DNA from: a phage
DNA: 44,574 nt
Sequence record: PX063913.1
Reading direction: 5' to 3' (one strand)
The stretch's first letter is position 1; each line of letters starts with the position of its first letter. A model generated the notes under the pieces. That model saw only the letters and a program-made list of their open reading frames with translations. It did no database searches and was not told the DNA's origin. The position numbers and the translations under genes are program-made. Below, piece after piece: positions 34,422-44,558 of the stretch.

Positions 34422-37064
34422 ATGGCAGATCAGGCAGCGGGCATCACGCTCAAGGCGGACGTCGCGCAAATTAAAACGGCGAATACTGTGCTGGACACAT
34501 TTGCGCAGAAATCCGAGAACACAGAACAGAAAGTCAAAAAATTAAACGACACCCTCGGCAAGTCGAAAAAGGTCACGGGTGACGCCGCTGGCGGAATGGA
34601 AAAGTTAGCGACTGAATCTCAGCGTGCCGCCGACGGCATGACGAAACAGGAGCGACTCGCCAGCCGATTAGGCATGTCGACCAAAAACCTGGGATTCGCA
34701 TCGCGGAACGCCGCATTCCAGTTACAGGATATCGCGGTTACGCTTGAGATGGGTATGCCGGTGCACCGCGTCATGCTTCAGCAGCTACCACAGCTAACCG
34801 GCGCATTTGGCGGACTAGGTAACACGCTGCGTTATGTTGCCGGCTTCCTCGGCCCCGTAGGGATCGGCCTTGCCGCCGTAACGGCGACGTTAGGCGTGGG
34901 TGTTGCAATTACGTCCCGAGCAGAGAACCAGGTAGCGGCGCTTAATAAGACGCTGGCACTTTCCGGTAACATTTCCGGCCTGACGGCAAACCAGATCCTG
35001 GTGCTATCCGAGAATGCCGAGCGCATGGGTGGGTCGTTCCGCAAGACGCGTGACACAATCCAGGCGCTGGCGGCGGCGGGTGTGAAAGCGGGTGGTGACT
35101 TCGGCGCACTGGCGAAGGTAGTGAATGACTTCGCGAAGGTGTCCAGCCAGCCGATCGAGGATGTGGTAGCGGCGGTGGCGAAGCTGTCAACCGACCCCGT
35201 TGGCGGACTGCGTGCGCTGGCGGATAAGTATCACGTCGTAAACGAAGCGCAGATCCAGCAGGTACAGTCGCTCGTTGATGCGGGTCGTGAGACAGACGCA
35301 GTTGCGTTGGCTAACAAAACAGCCGCTGCGTCGTTCACCAGCATGACCAATGAGATCAAGGCGAACATGGGTACGCTTGAGCGATCTATGAACGTCGTCA
35401 CATCGGCAGCCAAATCGATGTGGGACGCTATCCTGGATGTGGGCCGCGCGCAGTCCTCCAATGAGTCCGAGATGAAAGCGCGCGAATCACTCCAGCGCAT
35501 GACAACGGCTTACTATGCCGAGATGAAAGCGGTAAACGCTGCCGGTGGAGTGATGACCGAAGCGCAGAAAGCGCGTATTAACATGCTTTATAGCGAACTG
35601 GTCGCCCAGGAGAAAGTAGTGGCGTCGCTCACCCTGCGTAACCGTGCGGAGCGTGACAACGCCCGTGCCGCGGACGAATCCGCAAAGGCGAACGAGGAGG
35701 CCAACCGCACCGCCCGCGACCGCGCTGCGTTCGAGAAGGAGTACGCGACCAACGCGAAGAAGCGCGCCGACGAGATCGCCCGCCTCAATTTGCTGAATAA
35801 ACGCGGCGTAATTGATGAGAAAGAACTAGCCGAGGCGGTGAAGCAGGTAAACGAGCGCTACAAAGACCCGGCCCCGAAAAAGGCCGCGGCTGTTCGCGTG
35901 GATGCCGGTATGAAAATGTTGGAGGTTGCACGGAGCGAACTGGCCCAGCTTCGAGAATCCGGCAAGCAGATCGAAGCCAACGCGTCTACGCAGACCCGCA
36001 CGCAACGCGCTCAAGCGGCCCTAAACAAGCTGATCGCCGACAATGAGCAGTTAATCGCCGCGAGCAAAGAAAGGGCGCTAACGGCAGCAGAGAAGCAGCA
36101 GATGGTCGAATTCGGACGCGTGAAGGAAGTGCGCGAGCAGATCGTCGAAGAAGCCAAACTACTGGACGCGAAAGAGAAGCAGGTTAAGGCGCACGCGCAG
36201 ATCGACGCCTTCGTTAAGAACCAGAATGCCGAGCTAAAAGCCACCGCGGCTGGCTATGCGCTTTCCACTCGAGAAGCGGCAAACCTGCGTGAAGAATTGC
36301 AGCTAATCGACCGCCTGAAGCGTGTAGGCGCTAACGATACCGATATTGACAAGGCGGTGTCTAAGCTGCGGGAAGTGCAGGAGGCGCAGACCGGCGCTAA
36401 CGCCTCGCTATGGGATGGATTCAGTCGCGGGCTTAAGGATAGCGTGGATGAAATGGGTAACGGATATACGCAGATGGCGTCGCTCACTAAATTCACGTTC
36501 AGCGCTATGCAAGACACGATGAACGAGTTTTTCGAGACGGGCAAGATTAACGCGAAGGATATGGTCAAATCCATCCTGAGCGAATTAATCAAGCTGGCTA
36601 CATCGCAGGCATTCAAGTCCATCGTTAGCGCATTCGGTGGTGACGGCGGCAAAAACGGATTGTTCGGCGCTATCTTCTCTGGCCTGACTAAGAATGCGGA
36701 CGGCGGAGCGTACGCAGGAGGCAATCTAGCAGCCTATTCGGGGAAAGTGGTAAGCCAGCCTACCTTTTTCAGTTATGGCGTCCAGGCGTTCGCTAAGGGC
36801 GCAGGGTTGATGGGTGAGGCTGGACCCGAGGCCATCATGCCACTGAAGCGCGGGCCGGACGGTAAACTGGGCGTTGCCGCGTCTGGCGCAGGCGGTGGTA
36901 TGGTCGTGACGACTAACGTTTACACTGGGACCGGTAAAACGGATACCAGTGTCAGCGGGCCGGACCCCCGTACCGCGCAGGCGTTCGGCAAGCAAATCAC
37001 CGAGGCGGTGAAGGCTGAGATCGTGAAAGCGACGAAACCGGGTGGTGTACTTTACAAACGATGA
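34422..37064 (+). CDS. Tail tape measure protein
   Basis: 880 aa, long helical/coiled-coil regions and glycine-rich C-terminal part, downstream of G/GT; AAGGGGGA RBS. Confidence 0.9.
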   Translation: MADQAAGITLKADVAQIKTANTVLDTFAQKSENTEQKVKKLNDTLGKSKKVTGDAAGGMEKLATESQRAADGMTKQERLASRLGMSTKNLGFASRNAAFQLQDIAVTLEMGMPVHRVMLQQLPQLTGAFGGLGNTLRYVAGFLGPVGIGLAAVTATLGVGVAITSRAENQVAALNKTLALSGNISGLTANQILVLSENAERMGGSFRKTRDTIQALAAAGVKAGGDFGALAKVVNDFAKVSSQPIEDVVAAVAKLSTDPVGGLRALADKYHVVNEAQIQQVQSLVDAGRETDAVALANKTAAASFTSMTNEIKANMGTLERSMNVVTSAAKSMWDAILDVGRAQSSNESEMKARESLQRMTTAYYAEMKAVNAAGGVMTEAQKARINMLYSELVAQEKVVASLTLRNRAERDNARAADESAKANEEANRTARDRAAFEKEYATNAKKRADEIARLNLLNKRGVIDEKELAEAVKQVNERYKDPAPKKAAAVRVDAGMKMLEVARSELAQLRESGKQIEANASTQTRTQRAQAALNKLIADNEQLIAASKERALTAAEKQQMVEFGRVKEVREQIVEEAKLLDAKEKQVKAHAQIDAFVKNQNAELKATAAGYALSTREAANLREELQLIDRLKRVGANDTDIDKAVSKLREVQEAQTGANASLWDGFSRGLKDSVDEMGNGYTQMASLTKFTFSAMQDTMNEFFETGKINAKDMVKSILSELIKLATSQAFKSIVSAFGGDGGKNGLFGAIFSGLTKNADGGAYAGGNLAAYSGKVVSQPTFFSYGVQAFAKGAGLMGEAGPEAIMPLKRGPDGKLGVAASGAGGGMVVTTNVYTGTGKTDTSVSGPDPRTAQAFGKQITEAVKAEIVKATKPGGVLYKR

Positions 37065-37071
37065 TAAAATG

Positions 37072-37099
37072 GCCCTCACATCCATCGTGGGGGCTTTTT
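37072..37099 (+). terminator. Rho-independent terminator/attenuator
   Basis: GCCCTCAC-atccatc-GTGGGGGC followed by T5 directly abutting the next ATG. Confidence 0.5.
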
Positions 37100-37699
37100 A
37101 TGTCACAAGGTACGATCACATTAACTAAGGGTAGTAAGACCGTTACAGGCGCGGGGACGGCGTTCCTTAGCGAGATCGGGAAGGTACTCGTATTCGCCCG
37201 CATCGACGGCAACGACTACACCGGCAAAATTGCGGCGTTCAACTCGAACACGGTCATTACACTGAAAGATAACTGGGCCGGTCCAACGAAATCCGGTGCG
37301 GTATATGAGCTAATCGAAGCACACGACCCCCGATCAAACGAATGGCCCTATTACTGGCACATGCAATTGCAGGGCGGCGGCGACGTGCAGTTAGCTTTCC
37401 GGTCGGAGGAATTGCAATTCGGTAACGGTTACGGTCAGAACATCGCGGACGGCCCGAACGCCGAAACGAAACAATTTCCCGTGCAATTCGTCGGACTGAC
37501 TACCGACAAGTGGTGTAACCCTAAGCTGGTTTACAACTTCCTTCGCGGGCACTTTGTAAAACCGTTCATCGTCACCGCGCCGGATGGCGAGACAGGTTTA
37601 TTCGTGGTCGAGCGTTCGAGCTTGTCATACACTGACAACGGGCACTACACGGCAACGGTATCCGCCACCCTTAAAACAGCTATTGGATTCGTAAGATGA
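37100..37699 (+). CDS. Minor tail protein (gpM-position)
   Basis: ATG 37100; N-terminus GTITLTKGSKTVTGAGTAF resembles the N-terminus of the tail fibre at nt 1; first gene after the tape measure. Confidence 0.5.
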   Translation: MSQGTITLTKGSKTVTGAGTAFLSEIGKVLVFARIDGNDYTGKIAAFNSNTVITLKDNWAGPTKSGAVYELIEAHDPRSNEWPYYWHMQLQGGGDVQLAFRSEELQFGNGYGQNIADGPNAETKQFPVQFVGLTTDKWCNPKLVYNFLRGHFVKPFIVTAPDGETGLFVVERSSLSYTDNGHYTATVSATLKTAIGFVR

Positions 37700-38484
37700 A
37701 TAAACTCTATCGTGAAGCGACGCGCTTTGACCCATCGGGCCGCGTTCGCCTGATTCACATTGACGCGCAGGACGTGGAACCCGGCGACGGCGCGATCGGC
37801 GCGGGGCACCACTATTTTCACTACTGCTTTATTCCGCACACTGCCGAGGATATTGCTGCCGCTGGGGGTGACGAGGATAAGCTAAAACCTAAATCAATCT
37901 TCTTCGGCGGGCAGGAGTTCGAATTTTGGCCCTTTGATTTGTCCGGCCTCAACTTCTCCACGACAACGGCAGCGGAACCGCAGCTGACCATTGTCGATAT
38001 CGGCGGCATAATCACCCGGCTGTCGCTGAATCACGACCAGCTACTGGGCGCGAAGGTTGAGATCATTGATACGTTCGCGAAGTTCCTGGACAACGGGACA
38101 GATCCAGACCCGACGCAGAAACGAGTTCAGGAGTATTACATCGACTCGCAGGTCGGGCGCAATCCTGGCAAGCAAATCACCTTCGCACTATCCTCACCCG
38201 CGGATATGGAGGGGCAAGTAGTCCCCCGTCGCCAAATCATGAATATGTGCGAATGGGCGCTCAACGGGAAGTACGCCAGCGGTGACGGGTGCACATGGAA
38301 CCTTGCGAAGCCCGGGATCAAGTATTACGACGAGCGAGGTAATGAAGTCATTGCAATGAATATGGACCGATGCGGCGGCTGTTTGTCCGACTGCTATCTT
38401 CGTTTTGGGCAAGGGCTTGCGGATCCTAAAGCTGCGGTGCTGGACTTCGGTGGTTTTCCTGGGTCCAAATTAATCAAGGGGTAG
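37696..38484 (+). CDS. Minor tail protein, lambda gpL-like
   Basis: 262 aa; C-terminal cysteine cluster CEWALNGKYASGDGCTWN...CGGCLSDC, as in Fe-S-binding lambda gpL. Confidence 0.65.
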   Translation: MNKLYREATRFDPSGRVRLIHIDAQDVEPGDGAIGAGHHYFHYCFIPHTAEDIAAAGGDEDKLKPKSIFFGGQEFEFWPFDLSGLNFSTTTAAEPQLTIVDIGGIITRLSLNHDQLLGAKVEIIDTFAKFLDNGTDPDPTQKRVQEYYIDSQVGRNPGKQITFALSSPADMEGQVVPRRQIMNMCEWALNGKYASGDGCTWNLAKPGIKYYDERGNEVIAMNMDRCGGCLSDCYLRFGQGLADPKAAVLDFGGFPGSKLIKG

Positions 38485-38486
38485 CC

Positions 38487-39227
38487 ATGTTAACGAAAAA
38501 GGTTAAAAGCGATATCGCCGCGCACGTTGCGGCATGTCTGCCTGAAGAAGCCTGTGGCCTGGTCGTCATGGTGGGCCGCAAACAAGTATTTGTCCCGTGC
38601 ATGAACGTATTCGAAGACCCGACCGGCGTGCGTTCACGTAAAGACGCATTCACGATTAGTGATATGGCCTGGATGGATGCCGAGGATATGGGCGACGTCG
38701 TGCGCGTAGTCCACTCGCATCCGGGCCAGCGAGAGCTTACCCCATCACTGGGCGACGTTAACGGATGCAACGGCAGCGGCGTAGTCTGGACCATCACTAA
38801 CGAATATGGCGACTTTATCGAGATCGACCCGGAAGACCCTCCGCTGGTGGGGCGTCGATTTGTTCTCGGAATTACGGATTGTTACGGCCTCGTCATGGAC
38901 TGGCACAAAAAGCAGGGTGTAAACCTGCCAGACTTCCGCGTGCCGTATAACTGGTGGGAGACAGGCGAAAATCTGTATATGGATAATTGGTACGGTGCTG
39001 GCTTCAGGGAATGCGAGGAGAATACGCCGGGGGCAATGGTCATCATGCAGATTAGCGCGCCTGTGCCTAACCACGCTGGGATATTCCTTCCGGGCAACCA
39101 ACTACTACACCATATCTACGGCAGCCTGTCGAGCGTGATTCCCTTCCGGGCAGGATTTTTCCGCGACAATGTGGTTAAATGGGTACGTCATAAAGACCTA
39201 CCGGGGAATATCACAGAATGGCAATGA
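38487..39227 (+). CDS. Tail assembly protein, lambda gpK-like (MPN/JAMM plus NlpC/P60)
   Basis: HSHPGQRELTPSLGD fits the JAMM metalloprotease motif; C-terminal Cys/His region (GITDCYG...HHIYG) resembles NlpC/P60. Confidence 0.75.
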   Translation: MLTKKVKSDIAAHVAACLPEEACGLVVMVGRKQVFVPCMNVFEDPTGVRSRKDAFTISDMAWMDAEDMGDVVRVVHSHPGQRELTPSLGDVNGCNGSGVVWTITNEYGDFIEIDPEDPPLVGRRFVLGITDCYGLVMDWHKKQGVNLPDFRVPYNWWETGENLYMDNWYGAGFRECEENTPGAMVIMQISAPVPNHAGIFLPGNQLLHHIYGSLSSVIPFRAGFFRDNVVKWVRHKDLPGNITEWQ

Positions 39228-39835
39228 CCACGTTTAAATTGTACGGCGTCTTAGGGCGTCGTTTTGGTAAAGTGCATAAGCTGGACTGCTTCACACCGGG
39301 AGAAGGCATCACCGGCCTGTGTGTGAAGTTACCCGGCTTACAGGACTTTCTAATGTCTGCCCACCTGGACAATATGATGTTCAAGGTGCGCAAAGGCAAC
39401 CACACGATGTCCGGCTATGATGAACTGGGCGAGTTCCACGGCAACCGCGTCGTTACCATCGCGCCGGTTATGACTGGCGCAAAAAGCGGATTGGGCCAAT
39501 TGCTGGCGGGTGTCGCGATCGTAGTGGCGTCGTTCTATACGGGCGGACTTGCTACTGCCGCTTTCGGGGCTTCGGCGGCAACCGCTGCCGCTATCGGTAC
39601 AGCGACGTTTTCGTTTGGCATGTCGCTTGCGCTTGGCGGTGCTATGCAATTGCTCTCGCCACAGCCGAAAGGATTGCAGACACGGCAGGACGTGGATAAC
39701 AAAGCGTCGTATGCGTTCGGCGGACCGGTAAACACGACCGCACAAGGTACGGCACTTGGTGTATTATGGGGCGAGCGTGAGATCGGCGGCGCTATTATTT
39801 CAGCCGGAATCGTAACCGAGGACTTGAACGAATGA
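39218..39835 (+). CDS. Tail assembly protein, lambda gpI-like
   Basis: N-terminus MAMTTFKLYGVLGRRFGK and a glycine/alanine-rich hydrophobic C-terminal region; sits between K-like and J-like genes. Confidence 0.7.
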   Translation: MAMTTFKLYGVLGRRFGKVHKLDCFTPGEGITGLCVKLPGLQDFLMSAHLDNMMFKVRKGNHTMSGYDELGEFHGNRVVTIAPVMTGAKSGLGQLLAGVAIVVASFYTGGLATAAFGASAATAAAIGTATFSFGMSLALGGAMQLLSPQPKGLQTRQDVDNKASYAFGGPVNTTAQGTALGVLWGEREIGGAIISAGIVTEDLNE

Positions 39836-42800
39836 CGATTGTCTATGACGTCACAGGCCATAAAGGCGGCGGTGGAAAACAGCACACCCCACAGGAGACA
39901 CCCGATAGCCTGCATTCTCTGGCTAAAATCCGCATCTTGCTTGCGCTGGGAGAAGGTGAGTTCGAAGGTATTCCAGACCCTAACGAATTACGGCGGCGCG
40001 TATATCTGGACGGAACACCGATCCAGAATGCAGACCTGTCTGAAAACTTCCCCGGCGCGCGTGTGGAGTTCCGCCCCGGAACACAGCACCAGGATGTGAT
40101 CCACGGATTTTCAGCGGTGGAAAGTGAGCAATCTGTCGGCGTAAAGCTGGAAAACGGCACGCCGTGGGTGCGCCAGATTAACGACACCAGTTTGGACGCC
40201 GTGCGCATTCGCATCGGCATTCCTGCCCTGTACACAAACGAAGATAATGGCGACCTGGTGGGCGGGCGCATCGACTATAAGATCGTTGTGTATACGGATA
40301 ACGCGGACCCGCGTGAGTTCAGATTCGCCGCCGTTGGTAAAACAATGTCGCTATATGAGCGCGACCACCGCATCGAATTACCGCCGAACGTTAACACCGG
40401 CTGGCGCGTGGAGATGCACCGCATAACGGCAGACTCCACATCGGCGAAAGTGGTTAATGATATCCAGGTGCAATCCATCACTGAGATTATTGACGCCCGC
40501 CTGCGTTATCCGCTAACCGCGCTGTTGTTCGTGGAGTTCGACGCTAAAGCGTTCCAGAACATCCCGCGCGTGTCCATTAAGTGCAAAGGTCGCAAAGTTC
40601 TAATACCGAACAACTACGACCCGATTAATCATACTTATTCCGGGGACTGGGACGGCACGTTTAAACGCGCATGGACGGATAACCCTGCGTGGCACTGGTA
40701 CGATATTTGTATTACTGAGCGCTTCGGACTCGGTCGGCGTATCAAACCGCAAATGTTAAACCGGTACGCGCTCTACCAGATTGCGCAGCGCTGCGATCAG
40801 TTGGTCAGCGACGGCAACGGTGGTCGAGAAATCCGCTTTAAGAATGATATGTACATTCAGTCACAGACGGATGCCTGGACCGTGCTTAAGGATTTGGCTG
40901 CCATCTTCGCCGGAATGACCTGGTGGGGCAACCAGATGTTGAATATCGTCAGTGACCAACCGGTCGCAGCAGTGTCGCATACTATCACCAACGCATCTGT
41001 TATTGATGGGCGATTCGACTACGCATCTGGCAGCCAGAAAACTCGCTATTCCACATTCGCGGTAGCATACGGCAATCCGAAAAACCACTATGATGACGCT
41101 ATCGCAACGGGCCAGCGCGTCGAACTGGTGCGCCGCCATAAGATTAACCGTCTTGATATTACGGCGATCGGCTGTACGCGCGAGTCAGAAGCGCAACGCC
41201 GCGGGCACTGGGCGCTAATATCCAACCAGCTTGACCAGCAAGTTAGTTTTAAGGTTGGCATGGAGGGGTTATTCTTTATCCCAGGTAGCGTAGTCGCGAT
41301 CGCGGATACAAACATTTCTGGCGGATTCGAGACTCGCGGAGGTCGCCTGTTGTCGGACCCCGGAACGCGTACCGTGCTGAACACGGACAGCGAAATCACA
41401 TTCCGCCCTGGTGATAAGTTCCTGGTGCGCACCGATAGCGGTAATGTGGAGGCCCGCGAGATCGCCAGCGTCAACGGCAACAAGGTCACGCTAAAAACCG
41501 CACTGGATGCCGACCCGATCCCAGATCAGCCGTTTTGTGTTGATGGAGATGATATCCAGTTGCAGAAATTCCGCATCACCGATCTGGAATATGACGACTC
41601 TACCAGCACTTTCTCGGTGCGCGGGATTGAATACAACGATAGCAAGTATGATGCCGTTGATAATGGCGCTCGCCTTGACCCAGGCATCTTTACGCAAGTG
41701 CCGGACGGTGTAATGAAGGGGCCAGAATCCGTGACCATCACCCCGTCGCAGATTTCATCGCAAGGCCAGCTAATCACCAACGTGGATATTGTTTTCCCGC
41801 CGGTGAAAGATGCCGTGGTGTATGAAATACAGTGGAGGCGTACTAGCCTGCAGAATATGGAGATCCAGTGGGGTAACGACTGGGTGAATATCCCGCGCAC
41901 GGCGTCGAATGGGGCGCACATCCCTAACGTGTTCTCCGGTAACTATCAGGCACGCGTCCGCGCAATTGGTATGGGCGAAATCTCGTCCCCGTGGGTGTCT
42001 TCCGCGATCACGCCGGTGGAAGGTCGCCTCGGTGGGCTTAACGCCCCAATCATCACCAACGCGATTTCGGGTCTGCACCAGATTCTATGGAAGTGGAACC
42101 ACAACAACGCTGCGACTGATATCTCATACACCGAGCTTGAAGTGCGCAAGACGGGTGAAACGGAATGGAAATTCTTAACAAACGTCCCCTATCCTGGCGC
42201 GGAGTACGCGCAAACGTCGCTGGAGTTCGGCATATACCAGCAGTTGCGCGCCCGTGTAGCGGATAAAATCGGCAACCTGTCGGACTGGTCCGCCCCGTTC
42301 GAAGGCCAGGTGAGTGACAAAGTTGACGAGTACATGAAGGGGCTTGATGACGAGTTCTTGACTTCTGAGGATGGTAAACACTTCCAGGAAGCTATTAACA
42401 CGATCCCGCAAGGCATTTATGAGTCAATGCTCACCGACGCCCAGCAGCTATTCAACGCCCGCGCCGAGTACAAAGGGATTTACGCAGAAATCAAGGTCGC
42501 ATATAACGTGGCGGCAGACGCCCACAAGGCCGTCGCGCAACTGGAAACGTTGATCGGCACTCGCCTTGACGATGCGGAAGCGGCAATCCACACGTTGCAG
42601 ACAGCGCAAAGCACGCACGAGCAAGCATTCGCCCAGTATCAGCAAACTGTTGCCGCTAAGTTTGGGGAACAGGACGCCGCCATACAGCAGGTACAAACGG
42701 CAACGGCGGACGTGGCTGGCGCACTGGCGGAGTACAAGACCCAGGTGGCGGCACAGTTCGGTCAGCAGTCTGCAGCTATCGAGCAGAAGATGACGTCTTC

Positions 42801-43278
42801 GTTTAACCATGCTGGTGGCAGCGCAACATATAGCCTTAAGGCGGGCGTGACGTATAACGGGGCTTACTACGACGCCGGTATGCAGCTTTCCGTCGTTGCG
42901 GAAGGCGGCGCGGTTAAATCACGCATCGCGTTCAAGGCGGACCAGTTCTACATCATGCACCCGTCGAATGGGTCGCTTTCGTCCGCGTTTATTGTTGACG
43001 GCGGACAGGTGTACATTGACACCGCACGCATCAAGAATGCGTCCATCAACTTCGCACAGATCACGGACACGCTGCAATCAAATAACTTCGTTACAGGGTC
43101 GCGCGGCTGGCGTATCTGGAAGGATGGCGGTGCGGAGTTTAACCAGGTAACGGTACGCGGCAACCTGTACGCCACATCCGGTAACTTCGGATTCTCAGGT
43201 GGGACCGTGACTATCGACGCAACTGGCGTCAACGTGCCATTACCTGGCGGGGGCAGGGTGAAAGTCGGGACGTGGTGA
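39832..43278 (+). CDS. Central tail fibre / host specificity protein, lambda gpJ-like
   Basis: 1148 aa, last gene of the tail operon, ATGA-coupled to the I-like gene. Confidence 0.85.
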   Translation: MTIVYDVTGHKGGGGKQHTPQETPDSLHSLAKIRILLALGEGEFEGIPDPNELRRRVYLDGTPIQNADLSENFPGARVEFRPGTQHQDVIHGFSAVESEQSVGVKLENGTPWVRQINDTSLDAVRIRIGIPALYTNEDNGDLVGGRIDYKIVVYTDNADPREFRFAAVGKTMSLYERDHRIELPPNVNTGWRVEMHRITADSTSAKVVNDIQVQSITEIIDARLRYPLTALLFVEFDAKAFQNIPRVSIKCKGRKVLIPNNYDPINHTYSGDWDGTFKRAWTDNPAWHWYDICITERFGLGRRIKPQMLNRYALYQIAQRCDQLVSDGNGGREIRFKNDMYIQSQTDAWTVLKDLAAIFAGMTWWGNQMLNIVSDQPVAAVSHTITNASVIDGRFDYASGSQKTRYSTFAVAYGNPKNHYDDAIATGQRVELVRRHKINRLDITAIGCTRESEAQRRGHWALISNQLDQQVSFKVGMEGLFFIPGSVVAIADTNISGGFETRGGRLLSDPGTRTVLNTDSEITFRPGDKFLVRTDSGNVEAREIASVNGNKVTLKTALDADPIPDQPFCVDGDDIQLQKFRITDLEYDDSTSTFSVRGIEYNDSKYDAVDNGARLDPGIFTQVPDGVMKGPESVTITPSQISSQGQLITNVDIVFPPVKDAVVYEIQWRRTSLQNMEIQWGNDWVNIPRTASNGAHIPNVFSGNYQARVRAIGMGEISSPWVSSAITPVEGRLGGLNAPIITNAISGLHQILWKWNHNNAATDISYTELEVRKTGETEWKFLTNVPYPGAEYAQTSLEFGIYQQLRARVADKIGNLSDWSAPFEGQVSDKVDEYMKGLDDEFLTSEDGKHFQEAINTIPQGIYESMLTDAQQLFNARAEYKGIYAEIKVAYNVAADAHKAVAQLETLIGTRLDDAEAAIHTLQTAQSTHEQAFAQYQQTVAAKFGEQDAAIQQVQTATADVAGALAEYKTQVAAQFGQQSAAIEQKMTSSFNHAGGSATYSLKAGVTYNGAYYDAGMQLSVVAEGGAVKSRIAFKADQFYIMHPSNGSLSSAFIVDGGQVYIDTARIKNASINFAQITDTLQSNNFVTGSRGWRIWKDGGAEFNQVTVRGNLYATSGNFGFSGGTVTIDATGVNVPLPGGGRVKVGTW

Positions 43279-43285
43279 ATGCGAA

Positions 43286-43306
43286 GGGGCCAGATGGCCC
43301 CTTTCT
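43286..43306. terminator. Bidirectional rho-independent terminator
   Basis: GGGGCC-agat-GGCCCC followed by TTTCT, between the convergent J gene and the minus-strand gene. Confidence 0.6.
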
Positions 43307-44270
43307 AATACATGTTAGGGATGACTAGTAAAGGTGTGGGTACGGTCACATTACGATTAGGCATCTGGAATTGCTGCCGTGAGTAGTTACCGATCACGCG
43401 ATTTCGTGCCGCGCTAACCACGTTGCCAGCCATGCGTATCCCGTTCATTCGCACGTGGTTGTATCCGCTGTTGTTCTCAATGAGCGCGCCGGTATATGAG
43501 AGCTGTACGAGGCTGTTGCCAATATTCTGACCACCAGTGCTGATATTAATTACGGAATTGAGGACAAACGGCTTATTCACCGTGGAGAACGTGACCTGGC
43601 CCTGGTTGTTAGTCATGGTAATGCCGGTCCCCGGTGCTGGCGGCGTATTGTTGAAGATCACCAGGTCCATATCCACCGAAGCCGCCACATCGTCAATACC
43701 ACCATAGGACGCGTTGCGGACGATAATACTACCGCCGTCGAATCCTACCGACACGTTGCCGTCATCCCAGCGCGCGAACGGGATGCCACCCACCGGCAGC
43801 GGCATACTGCCGTTTACACGCACGCGCTGCGCGTATCGGCAGGTCATTAGCCGGGATACGTTCGATATCGCGGTGAAGTCAGTCGAGTTCGCCACCAGTA
43901 AGCCAGCATTGCGCGACCCAACCGGCAGCACTTCCATAATTATCCCAGCCCATTGCGGAAGACCACTGTATGCGTTATACGCGTCCGCACCTCGTAGAAT
44001 AATGCCGTTATCCCCGTTACGTTGTACAGACGTAACGTAGAATGGGTCCGGGAGCACCAGCGTTTGGTCGAAGACCTCAATCACTTCTACCGGACGCGTG
44101 AGCGCAACGACAAGATCCGACCCTGGGGTTAGCGGAGTATTAATGGTCAGCGTCTTATCGGACTGGCAGCGCTGATCAAACGTAGTGCAGTATGACGGAG
44201 CGCGAAGTCCGGCGGTTATCTCCATCACCGGCCTTCCGTCGTTGTAGTCTATAAGTATTCCAGCGCCCAT
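43305..44270 (-). CDS. Candidate receptor-binding protein
   Basis: 321 aa from ATG 44270 with GGGAG at 8 nt spacing; Gly/Asn/Ser/Thr-rich; sits 2 nt downstream of the lipoprotein gene on the opposite strand to gpJ, as in T5-type RBP-Llp loci. Confidence 0.45.
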   Translation of the reverse strand: MGAGILIDYNDGRPVMEITAGLRAPSYCTTFDQRCQSDKTLTINTPLTPGSDLVVALTRPVEVIEVFDQTLVLPDPFYVTSVQRNGDNGIILRGADAYNAYSGLPQWAGIIMEVLPVGSRNAGLLVANSTDFTAISNVSRLMTCRYAQRVRVNGSMPLPVGGIPFARWDDGNVSVGFDGGSIIVRNASYGGIDDVAASVDMDLVIFNNTPPAPGTGITMTNNQGQVTFSTVNKPFVLNSVINISTGGQNIGNSLVQLSYTGALIENNSGYNHVRMNGIRMAGNVVSAARNRVIGNYSRQQFQMPNRNVTVPTPLLVIPNMY

Positions 44271-44272
44271 AA

Positions 44273-44494
44273 TTACCACTCCCGAGATTTAACTGATACC
44301 GTACCAGAGAAGTTGCCGTCACTATCCGCGGACAGGCCGGTGAAGCGCATGTCAACATCCCCGGCAGGGGCTTTTTGCCCGTCAACGTAGCGCAACATGC
44401 AGCTACCGTAAGCGACCGTAATGCAATCGCCGTTGTTACGTTCTACCGCACAGCCGGACAGAAGAACCGCACAAATCACAATTAATGTTTTCAT
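44273..44494 (-). CDS. Small lipoprotein, candidate superinfection-exclusion protein (Llp/Cor-like)
   Basis: ATG 44494 with AGGGGA RBS; signal peptide MKTLIVICAVLLSGC with lipobox LSGC; mature part about 54 aa with two further cysteines. Confidence 0.55.
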   Translation of the reverse strand: MKTLIVICAVLLSGCAVERNNGDCITVAYGSCMLRYVDGQKAPAGDVDMRFTGLSADSDGNFSGTVSVKSREW

Positions 44495-44547
44495 GGTATC
44501 ATCCCCTATATTTGGTTGAGTTTTAGTATTGCACCGCTCGACCAGGA

Positions 44548-44558
44548 TTGCAACCAAT
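44548..44558. promoter_or_regulatory. ATTGGTTGCA motif in the promoter region upstream of the lipoprotein gene
   Basis: TTGCAACCAAT at the window end, upstream of the minus-strand lipoprotein gene; would also lie upstream of the fibre gene at nt 1 if the genome is contiguous. Confidence 0.4.
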
